A stretch of 63,920 nucleotides of DNA, the filler included, from Blastocystis sp. subtype 4 (lineage: Eukaryota): assembly GCF_000743755.1 (NCBI RefSeq). It is 3 parts of 3 records of this genome, joined end to end, with 100 filler letters (N's around TTAATTAATTAA, not from the genome) between each part and the next. Parts side by side here need not be neighbours in the genome. Positions count along the whole stretch, not along the records: positions 1 to 24,095 come from NW_014569382.1; positions 24,196 to 48,241 come from NW_014569381.1; 1 more part is not named here. One strand, 5' to 3'. The notes under the pieces are model-generated. The model did not search any database, was not told where the DNA came from, and saw nothing but the letters and a program-made list of their open reading frames with translations. Below, piece after piece: positions 12,680 through 24,337 of this stretch; the first letter of the stretch is position 1, and the number at the start of each line of letters is the position of its first letter. Position numbers and translations under genes: made by a program.

Positions 12680-12793
12680 GAATCATTTGTGGGAAGTATC
12701 TTTGTCGTTCCTGTTTGTTGTAAATTGAAATACATGACTTTCTTGATAATCAAGAATCATTGAACTCGCATTCTTCTCACATTGTTCTCCTCG

Positions 12794-14052
12794 ATGTCGC
12801 AGCAAGAGTTCATTTCAAATCAACCAATCGTCATCGACAATGGAACAGGAATGATAAAAGCCGGTTTGGCAGGAGTTGAACGTCCAAGCTGTGAATTCCG
12901 TTCTTATGTGGGTTCTCAAAAATATGACCGTGTGATGATGAATGGATATGCTCCGGATGATGATCTGTATCAATCAAACTGATGATTTTATGTTTGTAGG
13001 TGGGTTGGGAAGGAACTGGAGACACGACGAGGTCTCTGTCATCTTGGATATCCAATTCGTCATGGGATTATTGAGAATTGGGACTTGATGGAGTTGATTT
13101 GGAAGCATTTATATTCGAGGGATCAACTGGCTCTGGACAGTCGAGAACATCCAGTAGAAAACCGTTGGTGGCTTGAGAATAGGTTTTCTTAACTGAAGCA
13201 GCTATTAGTCCCAAGAAACAATCGGAGAAGATGGCAGAGGTATTTTTTGAAACAATGGAGGTTCCAGCTCTTTTTATCGCACCTCAACCGCTGTTGAGTT
13301 TATATAGTAGTGGACGGGGTACAGGAATTGTACTTGATATTGGAGAAGGTATTTCTACATATTTTCCCGTTTATGATGGGTTTGTGTTGACTCCTCATAT
13401 TCATCGTGTGGATTTGGGTGGTAGAGAGATGACATCATATCTACAACTTCTCCTTCGTCGTAACGGTCATATTTTCTCAACAACAAGCGAATTTGAAGTG
13501 GTTCGCGAAATGAAGGAAGCGTGTTCCGAGTGCATGACTGCTGATACAGCCAAAACTATCCGAGGCAGTACAGTAGATTATGTACTTCCAGATGGACGTG
13601 TGATTCAAGTGAAGGCGAGTCGTTTTTGTAACCAATAGATAGGCGAGGAACGGTATCAATGTGCAGAAGTTCTCTTTGATCCTACCTTAATAGGACATGA
13701 ATCCCCAGGAGTGGCAGAACTGCTCCGTAGGACCATTGAAGGATGTGATTTGGAGTTGCGCAGTTCGTTGTTCAGCAATGTTTTGTTTTCTGGAGGAGTT
13801 ACATTAACACGAAGTGAGAATGATGTATAGCTTTGATATTTAGATTTTGGAAAACGAGTAGTTGAAGATTTGAAGTCAATAACACCTCCAAATACGCGAG
13901 TACGATTATTTGCTCCTCCTGAGCGTACACGATCCGCATGGATAGGAGGATGTGTATTAGCTTCGTTGAGTCCTTTTAAGAATATGTGGATTACGAAAGA
14001 AGAGTATGAGATGGAAGGTGTGAATTGTGTTCATAAGAAGGCATTAATGTAA
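12794..14052 (+). CDS. ACTR1: Actin-related protein, Arp1/centractin-like
   Basis: NQPIVIDNGTGMIKAGLAG, YPIRHGIIENWD, SLYSSGRGTGIVLDIGEG, HIFSTTSEFEVVREMKE, APPERTRSAWIGGCVLASL. Confidence 0.8.
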
Positions 14053-14211
14053 TTGTCTGTTTGTAATAGAAATGATGAATGAATGAATATGGCACGACAT
14101 TTCTAACCATCAGTTATTTGGTAGTAACAACCAAAGAAAACGCCTCTAGAATTCTTAACGTAGTGTACGTGAATACTGATGGGAGACAAGCCCTAGTACA
14201 CGCACTGTGCA

Positions 14212-15665
14212 ATGTTGTTTGGAAACAGACAGAACTCGATCATTGTGATTTCTTTCACAACGGCATTCCTTGATATGCTCAACCATGCACTTATTGTTCC
14301 TATTATTCCCTTCTTGTCAGAGGAAATGCACGCAACCAGTCAACAGCAGGGTCTAGTCTTCAGTGTTTACTCTGTTATGCAACTTGTCAGTAGGAATTCT
14401 CCTTCTGTCATCATTTAGGTTTACTCATTATGGGTCCAATGAGCGACAGATATGGTCGCAAACCGTTTTTAATCCTTTCTTTGATTGGTTCCTGTTTCGG
14501 TTCAATCTTCCAAGCCATGGCAAAAACAATGGGAGTGTTTATCTTTTGGAGAGCCGTTACTGGGTTATTTGCTGGCTCTTTGATTATTGTTCAAGCGTAA
14601 TGACGAATGGATTCTGTGACATAGTGTAATTGCCGATTTGATTCCTCCTGAAGGGCGAAACAAGTACTTATCTCGTCTCGATGGCTTCATGAATGCTGCT
14701 TATATTGTAGGACCTGCGTTGGGAGGAATTCTCGCCAACGTCAATAATCGTTTCCCCATGTTATAATCGCTTTACTCGATGACACATAGGTATGTTGCAG
14801 GTATTGGATCTGGAATTGCTCTTATCGTTGCTGCATTCTACCTCGAAGAATCCAATCCAATGGTCCACCACACTGATTCTCTTCTTGGAGAGGAGAATGG
14901 TTGCCTTTATTGGCTGGTTCTTATTGAATAGAGAAGAAACCCAGAGTCAAACCTCAAATCACGTTATTGATGGTATTGTGTCTAATTTTTGAATTCTGTG
15001 TACGGTGGACTGTAAATGCATATGACTCAAGATATGGTACATATCTGAAGGATGTTTATGGAATTTCTTCAGGTACATACTCGTATCGATGATGACATTG
15101 CTGTAACTTCTAGTGTGTTGTTCTGTATTCAGAGCACTGTGATCTGTCTTGAACAATTGTTCTTTTATCCATGGGTGGTGGAGAAGCTGCAAGTACCAAT
15201 TCCATACCTGGCAGCTGTTGGTCAAGCTCTTGAAGTTGTGTTTTATTTTTTGATGGTTTGTGTTCCTAATGTTTGGTTTTCCATGATTGCTGCAACTCTC
15301 CTTTGGGTAAGTTACAGTATGTCTACACCGGCTCCAATTTCCATTATTAGTGTAAAGATAGAGAGAGTTATTGAAAATGTAGACAACAAGTGCTAAGGAA
15401 GTACAAGGAACCGTAATTGCTTGGGATAACTTTTGTAACCAAGCAGCCATGATTGTTTCTCCGATGGTTGTAGCGGAGATTTATCCTCGAAGCAAGGAAG
15501 GGGTATATTATTTTTCTTCTTTGTTCTCTGTTATTGCTCTTGTTATCATGATTTACATGTCCTGTAGAAAGGACGCAAAGAAGTTGGGTAAAGAGACAAC
15601 AGGTGGTCTGATGAAGATTGTGGACAAGGGAGAAGAAAATGACATTGAATTGAAAATGAAGTATT
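14212..15665 (+). CDS. MFS transporter (DHA1/TetA-like), copy 1; stop codon predicted to be completed by poly(A)
   Basis: FLDMLNHALIVPIIPFL, motif A GPMSDRYGRKPFL, GPALGG. In-frame T at 15665, then ACTT, then TGTTTGTT at 15670-15677. Confidence 0.85.
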
Positions 15666-15677
15666 ACTTTGTTTGTT
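15665..15677 (+). terminator. Poly(A) site with downstream TGTTTGTT element (stop-creating)
   Basis: AAG TAT T|ACTT TGTTTGTT; the T is codon position 1. Confidence 0.8.
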
Positions 15678-15830
15678 GGAACTTCGAAGAATACTGTTTC
15701 TCGTATAGTGATTCCTTGATTTATATCCTATCGACAACCTCAAAATAGATGGCCATACATCCTTCATTTTCTTATTCTGGTATGATATCATATAGTGAAT
15801 CTTTATCTATAGGTGCCAAGAAAACGTAGC

Positions 15831-17469
15831 ATGGATAAACAGAAGCGAATCCGATCAATTGTGATCATGGCGTTTGTCACTGTCTTCCTGGATATGATGA
15901 ACTATGCTTTAATCGTCCCAATCCTTCCCTTCCTTGTTAAAGAGCTGAATTCTACAAGCATGCAAGAAGGAATCCTCTTCAGCTCATATTCAATTATGCA
16001 GCTCATCAGTAATTGTGTGCTGATACTATAATTTAGGCTTACTTTTGATGGGACCTCTCAGTGACAGATACGGAAGGAAACCGTTCCTGTTACTTTCACT
16101 TTTCGGATCTTGTTTTGGTTCCTTATTTCAAGGGTTGTCTCGAGATATGAATACTCTAATCATTTGGCGCTCCTTTACGGGTTTGTTTGCTGGTTCCCTG
16201 ATTTTGGTTCAGGCGTAAGCTTTAATTTACTCCTCTCAGTTATAGTGTCATTGCAGATGTTATTCCGGCAGACAAGCGCAATGTCTATTTAGCCCGGTTA
16301 GAAGGCTGCCTTTCTGTTTCTTTTATTGTTGGACCTGCAATTGGAGGAGTCTTAGGACAGATTAGTTACCAATTTCCCATGTACTTCGTTGATTGCTATT
16401 TTGATTCTAAGGTATGTAGCAGGTGTTGTTTCTGGTATTGCAATGATTGCCGCATTTATATTCTTAAAAGAATCCAATCCATTGATTGTTGATGAGGAAG
16501 GAAACCCTCGTAAAAAGAAGTTGGAGCGTACAGTATATTCTGTCTATATTAAGAATAGAAAAAGAAAAACAAACAAAACAAAAGAGGACTCGACCTCATG
16601 TCAATCTTCTAATGGTAATGTGTTTTGTATCTGAATTCTGTATTCGGTGGACGGTCAATGCATTCGACTCTCGATATGGTATTTACGTTACTGACAAATT
16701 CAATGCATCTTCGATAGCCTTCTCGTACGAATACTAGTTTTGTCATTATTTTAGTACGTTAATTGTGCTTCAGAGTATCTGGACCGCACTTCAACAAACA
16801 TTCATTTATCCATGGTTAGTCAGTACAGTGAATGTTCCAATTCCATGGATGGGAATAATTGGTTATCTTATCGTATTTATTAGCTATTTCGGTATGGTTT
16901 TGACTAAGACAATGGTTCCATCAATGATTTTCTCAACAATCCTCTGGGTTGGATATTCGCTTGTATCTCCTTCCTCTGTATCCATCATTAGTGTATGAGA
17001 GAATAATCGTGATTATTTATAGACAACAAATTCATTGGATGTTCAAGGAACTGTCCTCTCCTGGAATAATTTCTGTTATCAGGGTTCTCTCATTATTTGT
17101 CCACTTGTTCTATCTGCTATTTATGATAAGAATCCTGATGGAATGTACTACTTCTCATCCATCTTTGCGGCGATTGGATGTCTAATAATGTGTGTTTTAG
17201 CGACCAGAAAGGATGCAAAGATTTTGGGAAAGAAGTCTCTGCTAGAGGCTGGGCAATTGCCTGTGAAGCAAGTAGAGTTGGAGGAGAAGACTGTTGGAGA
17301 GAACACAGAAGCTTCAATTGAATCAAGTAAGGATCTTGGAACTACTTCGGACAAATCGAATGTTATTGGTGTCCAGATAAATACAGAGCAGGTAGCTCCT
17401 GTTACTCCAGTGGCTGTTACTAACACAGAGATGTCCACAGGTATCAGTTCGGCTCCAGTGAGTATCTGA
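15831..17469 (+). CDS. MFS transporter (DHA1/TetA-like), copy 2, tandem paralogue
   Basis: FLDMMNYALIVPILPFL, GPLSDRYGRKPFL, GPAIGG, similar intron positions to copy 1. TGA at 17467-17469, TGTTTGTT at 17483-17490. Confidence 0.85.
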
Positions 17470-17523
17470 TTCCTAACGAAAGTGTTTGTTGTCCTCAAAG
17501 TATATTCGAAGAGTGCTGAACGG

Positions 17524-17536
17524 AACAAACATAACA
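17524..17536 (-). terminator. Poly(A) site with downstream TGTTTGTT element (stop-creating)
   Basis: GAT TTC T|GTTA TGTTTGTT; the T is codon position 1. Confidence 0.8.
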
Positions 17537-20500
17537 GAAATCATGTTTAGAAAACAATTGAGTACCTGATCGCAAGACCCCTCCAAAGGATGTTGATACC
17601 AGAGGCTCCAACACATGCATGTATGTTTCATACTCTCTTCGTAATACCTCAGGCATAGCATCAGGCAATTCACATCGAATCGCCTCAACACATTGACGAC
17701 GCTCTGCATCTGTGAACTGACTGGTATTCACTCGTGAGAGTACACGAATCAGGATACGCCGAAGCAACAGCAACACATTCTCATTCTCTGAACCATTCAA
17801 CCAATAATGTGAAAACTCTGCAGGAAGAGCCGCTAATGAAGGAAGAAGCAATGAAAGAGAAACCTTGTCTGTGATTTGGAGCAGGAGTGAATGAACCAAA
17901 TTGCGAAGTGGGATTTCAGAAGAATTTAGAACCAGGTCAAATGGAATGGACAGGGCTTGAATCAACGTTGAAACAAATTGTGTTAATGTATGAGAATGAA
18001 TGAATGAATGTGTTGTTGAATCACTAATCAATACTGTAACTGCATTCAACATGTTCAGTAGTAATAGTGATTCTTGATTATCAACGAAATCTTGAATATG
18101 AAGGAATAACTGAGCATACAGTTGCAACACAAAATCACTCATTCTCTCAAGTTCATTTCTCATCGCATCATTCACATTCAAACCATCTCCAATCAATCCA
18201 CATGATGAAGGGTCAATTATCTGACAGATTTCTGCACTTGCACGAATACACTCATTTTTCTCTCTCTGGTTCAATGATGCCTGATCTGTCACAGAAGCAA
18301 CAAACTCAGCAATGGATGCGATCAATTGATACACAGCAGAGTATGTGTGCTTCTTCAATGAAACTCCCTCAAACTGATGTAACTCTCGTTGTGTCAAAAG
18401 CATTTCATTGGTTGACTGGAGTTGGGTACACACACTCTCACAACGATATGAAGGGGGTTGATTGACTGCAGAGTCAACTTCAAAGGTGAACACTGGCTGA
18501 GTGAACTGAGTTTCCATACGAGGAGTTTCAATGGGGGTTTCAATAGGAGTTTCAATAGGAACTTCAATGGGGGTTTCAGTTGGTTCATGAACAGAATTCA
18601 CTACTTTTTCTGGTATTTTCGACTTCAAAGCCTGAGGTTTCGGGATCGATGAAACTGCCTGCCGTTTCATCGTAGCAGCTAATCCTCCTCCAGGACGCTT
18701 TCCCAATACACGAGCTCCAGGCCGAGAAGCCAAAGATCGCAATCGTGTTTCCTTGTCAGAGGGATTGCTCTCCACCGATGTTGATGGAGGTGGAACTGAT
18801 TCTGTATGAGATGATTGATAGAGGGGCTCTAAAGCCGCATGAATTGACTGAATCTCTGCAGGTTTTCGATTTTGAATTCGGTCTTCAACAGCACTTCGTC
18901 CACATTTTGGGATCACAATTTGAAATGAATGTAACGCCTCGTCTCGAACTTCCTTCACACGATCAACTAAACAGTCTAAGAGTGAAGGAATGAGAACTAT
19001 AAGTGTTTTAGATTCTCCCAAATGAAGGAATTGGTTTAACCAATGAAGAACAGAATAACGACTTTTTATGGATTTCAAAGCAGATGGAAATAATGGAATA
19101 AGAATGTTCAGTGATTGTGAAGAAGGTTGATTATCATGAACTACCCATTTTGTCAAAGTTGAGTAGAGAGCTTCACTGACATTCTTATTACTGTCACTCA
19201 CACAGCGTAAGAGTTCTGAAGACAGGCTTGAATACTGACTAATCTCATCTCCTAGAGCGGTTGCCAGCTGACCGATGCATTCAATCACTTTGGCTTTAAG
19301 ATTAAGGTTGCTTTCAGAGAGACGATCCTTCAAAACTGAAGCAATCTCACTGACAGCTGTATTGTTCACAATACGTATTCGTTTGGACAGGAGAGATGTC
19401 AACTCAAGGATGGACTGTTGACGATGTTTCCAGCTATCTTTTCCTTCTGTATCCCTCAATCCCTTCATAATGCCTGTTACTTCTTTTGTAATATCTGCCT
19501 TCTCAACGAGGTCTGATAGAGAAACTGAAGGCTGTTTGAGAGCTGGCAGTGGGTTCATGGGAGAAGTTGATGGAGTTGACTGAGGAACTGGTGCATATCG
19601 TGCTGCCAGCTGAGGATCATATGGAGAAGCAGCTATAGCCTCTTCCACTGACTTTGTGAGAAGATCATTCAATCCACTCTGAACAACTAACTGTCGTATA
19701 ATAGGTCCAATCTGACGATGAAGACTTGATATCACCTCGATTGCTTGTGTTTTCACGTCAACATGAGTATTGGTCAATGCTTGATCACTTTTCAAATAGA
19801 CAAAGAGAGATTTCAAATCCAAAGAATTGGCTCCGAATTCTGTCACTAAGCGCAGGAGAATCTGGAGAGCTGCTTTTTGTTGAACGGGAATCTTCGATTT
19901 TGACATTCCTTCGCTGATCGATGCAACAACCACATTAGGACCCACATTTTCTGCAATTACCATGTATAAATCACTCACATCTGGACCCAATTTGCGATCG
20001 TGAAGCTACACTCAATCCCTCTTTTCACACGTACTTTTGGTACCAAACCAACAACTACAGAGCTGCAAGTACGAGGACCTGCTCCACATGTCTCAATAGC
20101 TGCTTTCACACAATCCAGACTACATTTGAGAATATTCATATTAGCAGCCTTGAAATCTTTTGAAAAGTGTTTAGCAAAGACAATAACTGATTCTCCGCAA
20201 TCACTATGTTGCTTTCCTTCGCTTCGAAGAAACTGAATAAACAAATTGATTGCTTGTACTTTATCTTGCCACTTGGGGTTATTATCAAGTGTTTCTTTCA
20301 TTGTTGCGAAATCGGGATAGATGGAGGAAAGCTACAGTTAAAGCAGCATCACTGTTAATTACTTTCGACTCTGCTTCTTCGAACAAACATGGATTTGGAC
20401 TTTCTTGAATCTGATTTGTCCGAACTCGTCGAACTGGAGTTGATTCTATTATTCATTTATCTTAATTCATTCCTACCATCGGTTGGAGTACTTTCGACCT

Positions 20501-20633
20501 TTGGCTGTTCCTCCACTACTACTGTAGAAGTTGCAGCAGCTTCTTTTTTCTTCAGCATAGCTTCAAATCGTGGAGGGACTCCTCGACGCCTTGGCTTCTC
20601 CTCATCTACAGGAATCTCAATGGGGATATCCAT
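17536..20633 (-). CDS. TOG-domain microtubule-associated protein (XMAP215/ch-TOG-like); stop predicted to be completed by poly(A)
   Basis: TOG HEAT-A tryptophan motifs [11 protein letters not shown] and [38 protein letters not shown] at 20633. In-frame T at 17536, 4 nt, then TGTTTGTT at 17531-17524. Confidence 0.75.
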
Positions 20634-20724
20634 TCAAGAGTGCGCGGAAGAATTTGAAAATCGAAATAAAACTACCCAAAATGGGGGATCCCAACGACCT
20701 AATTCACATCAATTCTCTGGAACT

Positions 20725-21259
20725 ATGGGATTTACGACACACCAACGCCATAAGAAGATTCTTAAACTCGCTAAGGGGTATCGTGGAAGGCAAAAGAATT
20801 GCTATACCATTGCAGTTCGCAGTGTTATCAAGGCACAGTCTAGAGCGTACGTCCTTGTGCTTATTGTGTTAGTCACAGATATGTGGGTCGAAAGCTGAAG
20901 AAAAGAGACATGCGTAGTCTGTGGATTCAGAGAATCAACGTAGGATGTTTCAGTTCTTGATGAGAAGTAGGCTGCATCCCGTCTCTGTGGCACAACATAT
21001 CGGGATGTGATTCATGATGAGAAAGAAGCGAACATTCTACTGAATCGCAAGATGTTGGCAGAATTGGCAGTTACTGTATCACTAGGGATTAAGATGTGAT
21101 CTGTAGGAGCCCTGTTCATACAATTCTGTTGTTTGTGCTTTTAAGGTGTTGAAGGAAAATGGTGTATTGCAGGAAGAGCCTCCTGTAAAGCTACCTGATC
21201 ATGCTCCTGTTGAGGATGTGAATGCGCTCATTGCTGAAATGAACAAAGTGTCAATATAG
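20725..21259 (+). CDS. MRPL20: Organellar (mitochondrion-related organelle) ribosomal protein bL20
   Basis: [20 protein letters not shown]...[25 protein letters not shown]...[16 protein letters not shown] across 3 short introns. Confidence 0.92.
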
Positions 21260-21310
21260 TCGGTTGATTTTCATTATTTCTTGTCAACAAATACACATAA
21301 AATAAAAGAA

Positions 21311-23529
21311 TTAGAACTCCAGTCTCTCTATGCTGTAAATTGGCGTACTGCTTACAGGGAGAGGTAATTTGTCCCTACCTTAATAAAGAGGCATAATTCT
21401 TACTCTAAATGTTTGGTTACTCCCTTCAACGGCAATAACAACTTATACAACTCAACATCATTCTTCACTGCCTCTTGCATCAAACTAATCAATCTTCCCT
21501 TAATCATTACAACAAAACGTACTTTACGAATCGATCATCGGTCTTTGTCTCCATCACCATCTTGATCATATTCCCATCAATCCATGCACTGATCCACTCA
21601 ACCAAAGACGGTGCATACAATCGTTTGATATGACATTCACATTGCTCTAATAACAATCGTTCTTCTTCGTGAGTGTTATCCAGATCGATCATCAATGAGA
21701 GTAACAATACTCCTATTTGATACACATTGTCCATCGACAATGCTGCAATCTCTCTTCGCAGATCCATCACATCACAACGAATACGCAAAACTTGGGGTCC
21801 CACAATACTCAACAAGATTCGTTTCGTTTCCATTGGAGAGCGATCTGGCCACTGATTCCTCTTTGCAAAAGCCTGAACTACCTCAGGAGGCAACTCCAAA
21901 CAAAAGTTAAGCAACGCAAGCAAATCCTTGACCGAAATCACAGGCACGCGAACCAAGAAGAGAAGAAGTGTATCGATATCTTGCGATTGGATCAGTGCTG
22001 GGAGGACACGAGGATTGATCGAAATATCAGATCCGCAAAGAAGGAGTTGGCGAAGCACATTTGATAAGACACGACCTTCTGGTAGCAAACAACGCTCAAC
22101 CAACTGAGAAAGGAATCTTCGATCAAAGGAAACCACTCCATGGTTCTCAAGTCGACGTTTAGTTACAAATGCAATAGATGCCTTTTCAAATCGTTTAGGA
22201 TTGGTCTCCTTAAGTAATTCATTCTCTTCTGCTGAAGAATCGATTGTTGAGTGAGTTCGTTTGTTCCATTCTCTCTTCCCCATAAGACCGATAGATACAT
22301 GCTGTAACCAAGTCTCTGCTTCGTGAACTGTGGAATCAACATGTAAACAAGGAGATGTGAGTGATTGTGAATTTGTGGAATTCTTCAGGAGATGAACCAT
22401 TGTGAGAGATGAAAGAGTGAGTGATGCATAACTCACATTCCCATGATGAAGAATAAATAAATGAGATTTGCATACAGATAAACCCGTTGGGACTTCTGTG
22501 AGAGGCAATTGCGTTAATTCCGTCTTATACTCTAATTCCATAAAATGTAACGATATTGCATTTTCTGCTTTCGTTACATACACAAAACAATGTTCATTCA
22601 CAGCAGTAACACAGGGATCCCATGTCACCGTCTGCGATTGCTTCTTTTGAGATTCTGCTGATATGAGGTTCATAGATTGACCGAGAAGGAGACTGTAACT
22701 TCCTGTTGTTAGATCTGGTTGCAATTTATACTGAATGAAGCATCCAGATCGGAACAGGACCCATAGCGAATTATGAGAAGGAGAATACAGTAGACCACAA
22801 GGAGAAGAGGAATCTGTAGTTGGCAGAGGACAATTGATTACCTTCACTGAGGGAGTAGTTGTGACAGAACATTGAATGAGAGCAAAAGAATAACTAAAAA
22901 TTAGAATTGAAACAAAAATAAACGATTTGTTAGATTCAAGAATGATGGCAATGGTACATCCACGAGAAGATACCTTACTAATTTCAAACTTCACCAAGGA
23001 ATCTGATTTTGGTAACGTTGCACTTGCTACTTCATCACCTTTGATGGAGAGACTTTGATCAATTCATAGAAAAATACTTACACGGAAATGCGGAGAGACT
23101 CGGAGACTACTACAAGATAAGTACCAGCAGGAACCACAAGAAGGTTCCGTTCTTTTGTCTATAAACCTAAAATGCATGATACAAACACTACCTGAATGGA
23201 GTCAAATTGTTTATAGGAAGGAATATTACTTTTCCAGAGAAGGAGCGTTTTCTTCCCTTGGCAAGCAACAAAACGACTAGAAATGACTATATATTCATAG
23301 TATTTCACCTTTCTTCGCTCATAACATAGGCAGGGCTTGTAATACACTCTCTCCGATTAGATGGAAATGTCCACGTCTCTGCAACGCTCCGATTTACCAT
23401 AGAGTATGTGCTGATTCCAGAAGAGGAAGTAATAATTGCACATTCACCTGCTCCGGGAACTGTTCCAACAGTCACTCCCAATACATCGGTATTTCCTTCC
23501 GTGATCTTGACAGGTGCGGAGACTTCCAT
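21311..23529 (-). CDS. NOL11/Utp8-like t-UTP ribosome biogenesis factor
   Basis: N-terminal beta-rich region (ITSPAYV), C-terminal LVEWISAWIDGN and terminal IYSIERLEF, which resembles the NOL11/Utp8 YSIE.L end. Confidence 0.6.
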
Positions 23530-23635
23530 GAACCTTTCTCAGAGTTGATTATGACAAAAAAACAAGAACCGCGGTATTTGAACAAACAAAGAAAAGCAGA
23601 CATCTTCAATACAAAATAAGAGTGCATCGTGATGT

Positions 23636-24095
23636 TTACTTGCGAGCAGGCTTCTTAGCCTTTCGGTTCTTGATCTCACTACAAACTCACTTTACTAACA
23701 CAAACCATACGCAAGAGCAGCTTCCTTCGACTTCTTCGTGATTTCTTCACGCTGTTCTCTCTTCTTCTGGATATCTGCAAGCGACATACCAACAACAGCA
23801 CGCTGAACCTTATAAGACTTCTTGCTGCGACGCTTGCTCTTNTCAGCAGCCTACAAATCTCAAAACCATTTCAAACACTCTTACCTCTGACTTCTTGTTG
23901 TTACGTCTCCAAGAAGTAGTCCATCTGATACGAGCAGGTCTCTTCTTCTGCTCGTTCAAAGAGCAGCACTTGCTGTTCAAATAACGCACAGGCTACAAAG
24001 GAACGCTAGAGAACGAATAATTACCTGTCCATCCTTGCGAATGTACATACCTCCATGTCCAGGGTAAATCTTGTACTCTGAGAAGGAACAAGTCA
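23636..24095 (-). CDS. RPL24: 60S ribosomal protein L24e (5' end lost in gap)
   Basis: CSFSEYKIYPGHGGMYIRKDG...PARIRWTTSWRRNNKK...VQRAVVGMSLADIQKKR. TAA at 23638-23636, TGTTTGTT at 23588-23581. Confidence 0.92.
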
Positions 24096-24195
24096 NNNNN
24101 NNNNNNNNNNNNNNNNNNNNNNNNNNNNNNNNNNNNNNNTTAATTAATTAANNNNNNNNNNNNNNNNNNNNNNNNNNNNNNNNNNNNNNNNNNNN
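24096..24195. other. Artificial contig-join spacer (N-run, TTAATTAATTAA, N-run)
   Basis: Exactly 100 nt with a six-frame-stop palindrome at 24140-24151. Genes are truncated on both sides. Confidence 0.97.
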
Positions 24196-24281
24196 CCATT
24201 CTTCCTCCTATGAATGAGATTGATCAGGTTGTCGAGAGAATGAACAACTTCCACAAGAAGTGGATGGCCAGATACCAATAA
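24196..24281 (+). CDS. C-terminus of alanine aminotransferase (partial)
   Basis: (T)ILPPMNEIDQVVERMNNFHKKWMARYQ-TAA resembles the AlaAT terminal TILPP...FH..F...Y helix. TGTTTGTT at 24309-24316. Confidence 0.7.
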
Positions 24282-24337
24282 ACGTTGTCAGATTATCGCA
24301 AGTGTTTCTGTTTGTTATATAAGGTTGCTGAGTACGC

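Noticed and set aside
24096..24195. TTAATTAATTAA palindrome flanked by Ns (also 48242-48341)
   Set aside because: Synthetic six-frame-stop linker. The first gap must hide far more than 100 nt (the RPL24 5' end and most of AlaAT), so adjacency across these spacers carries no biological weight.
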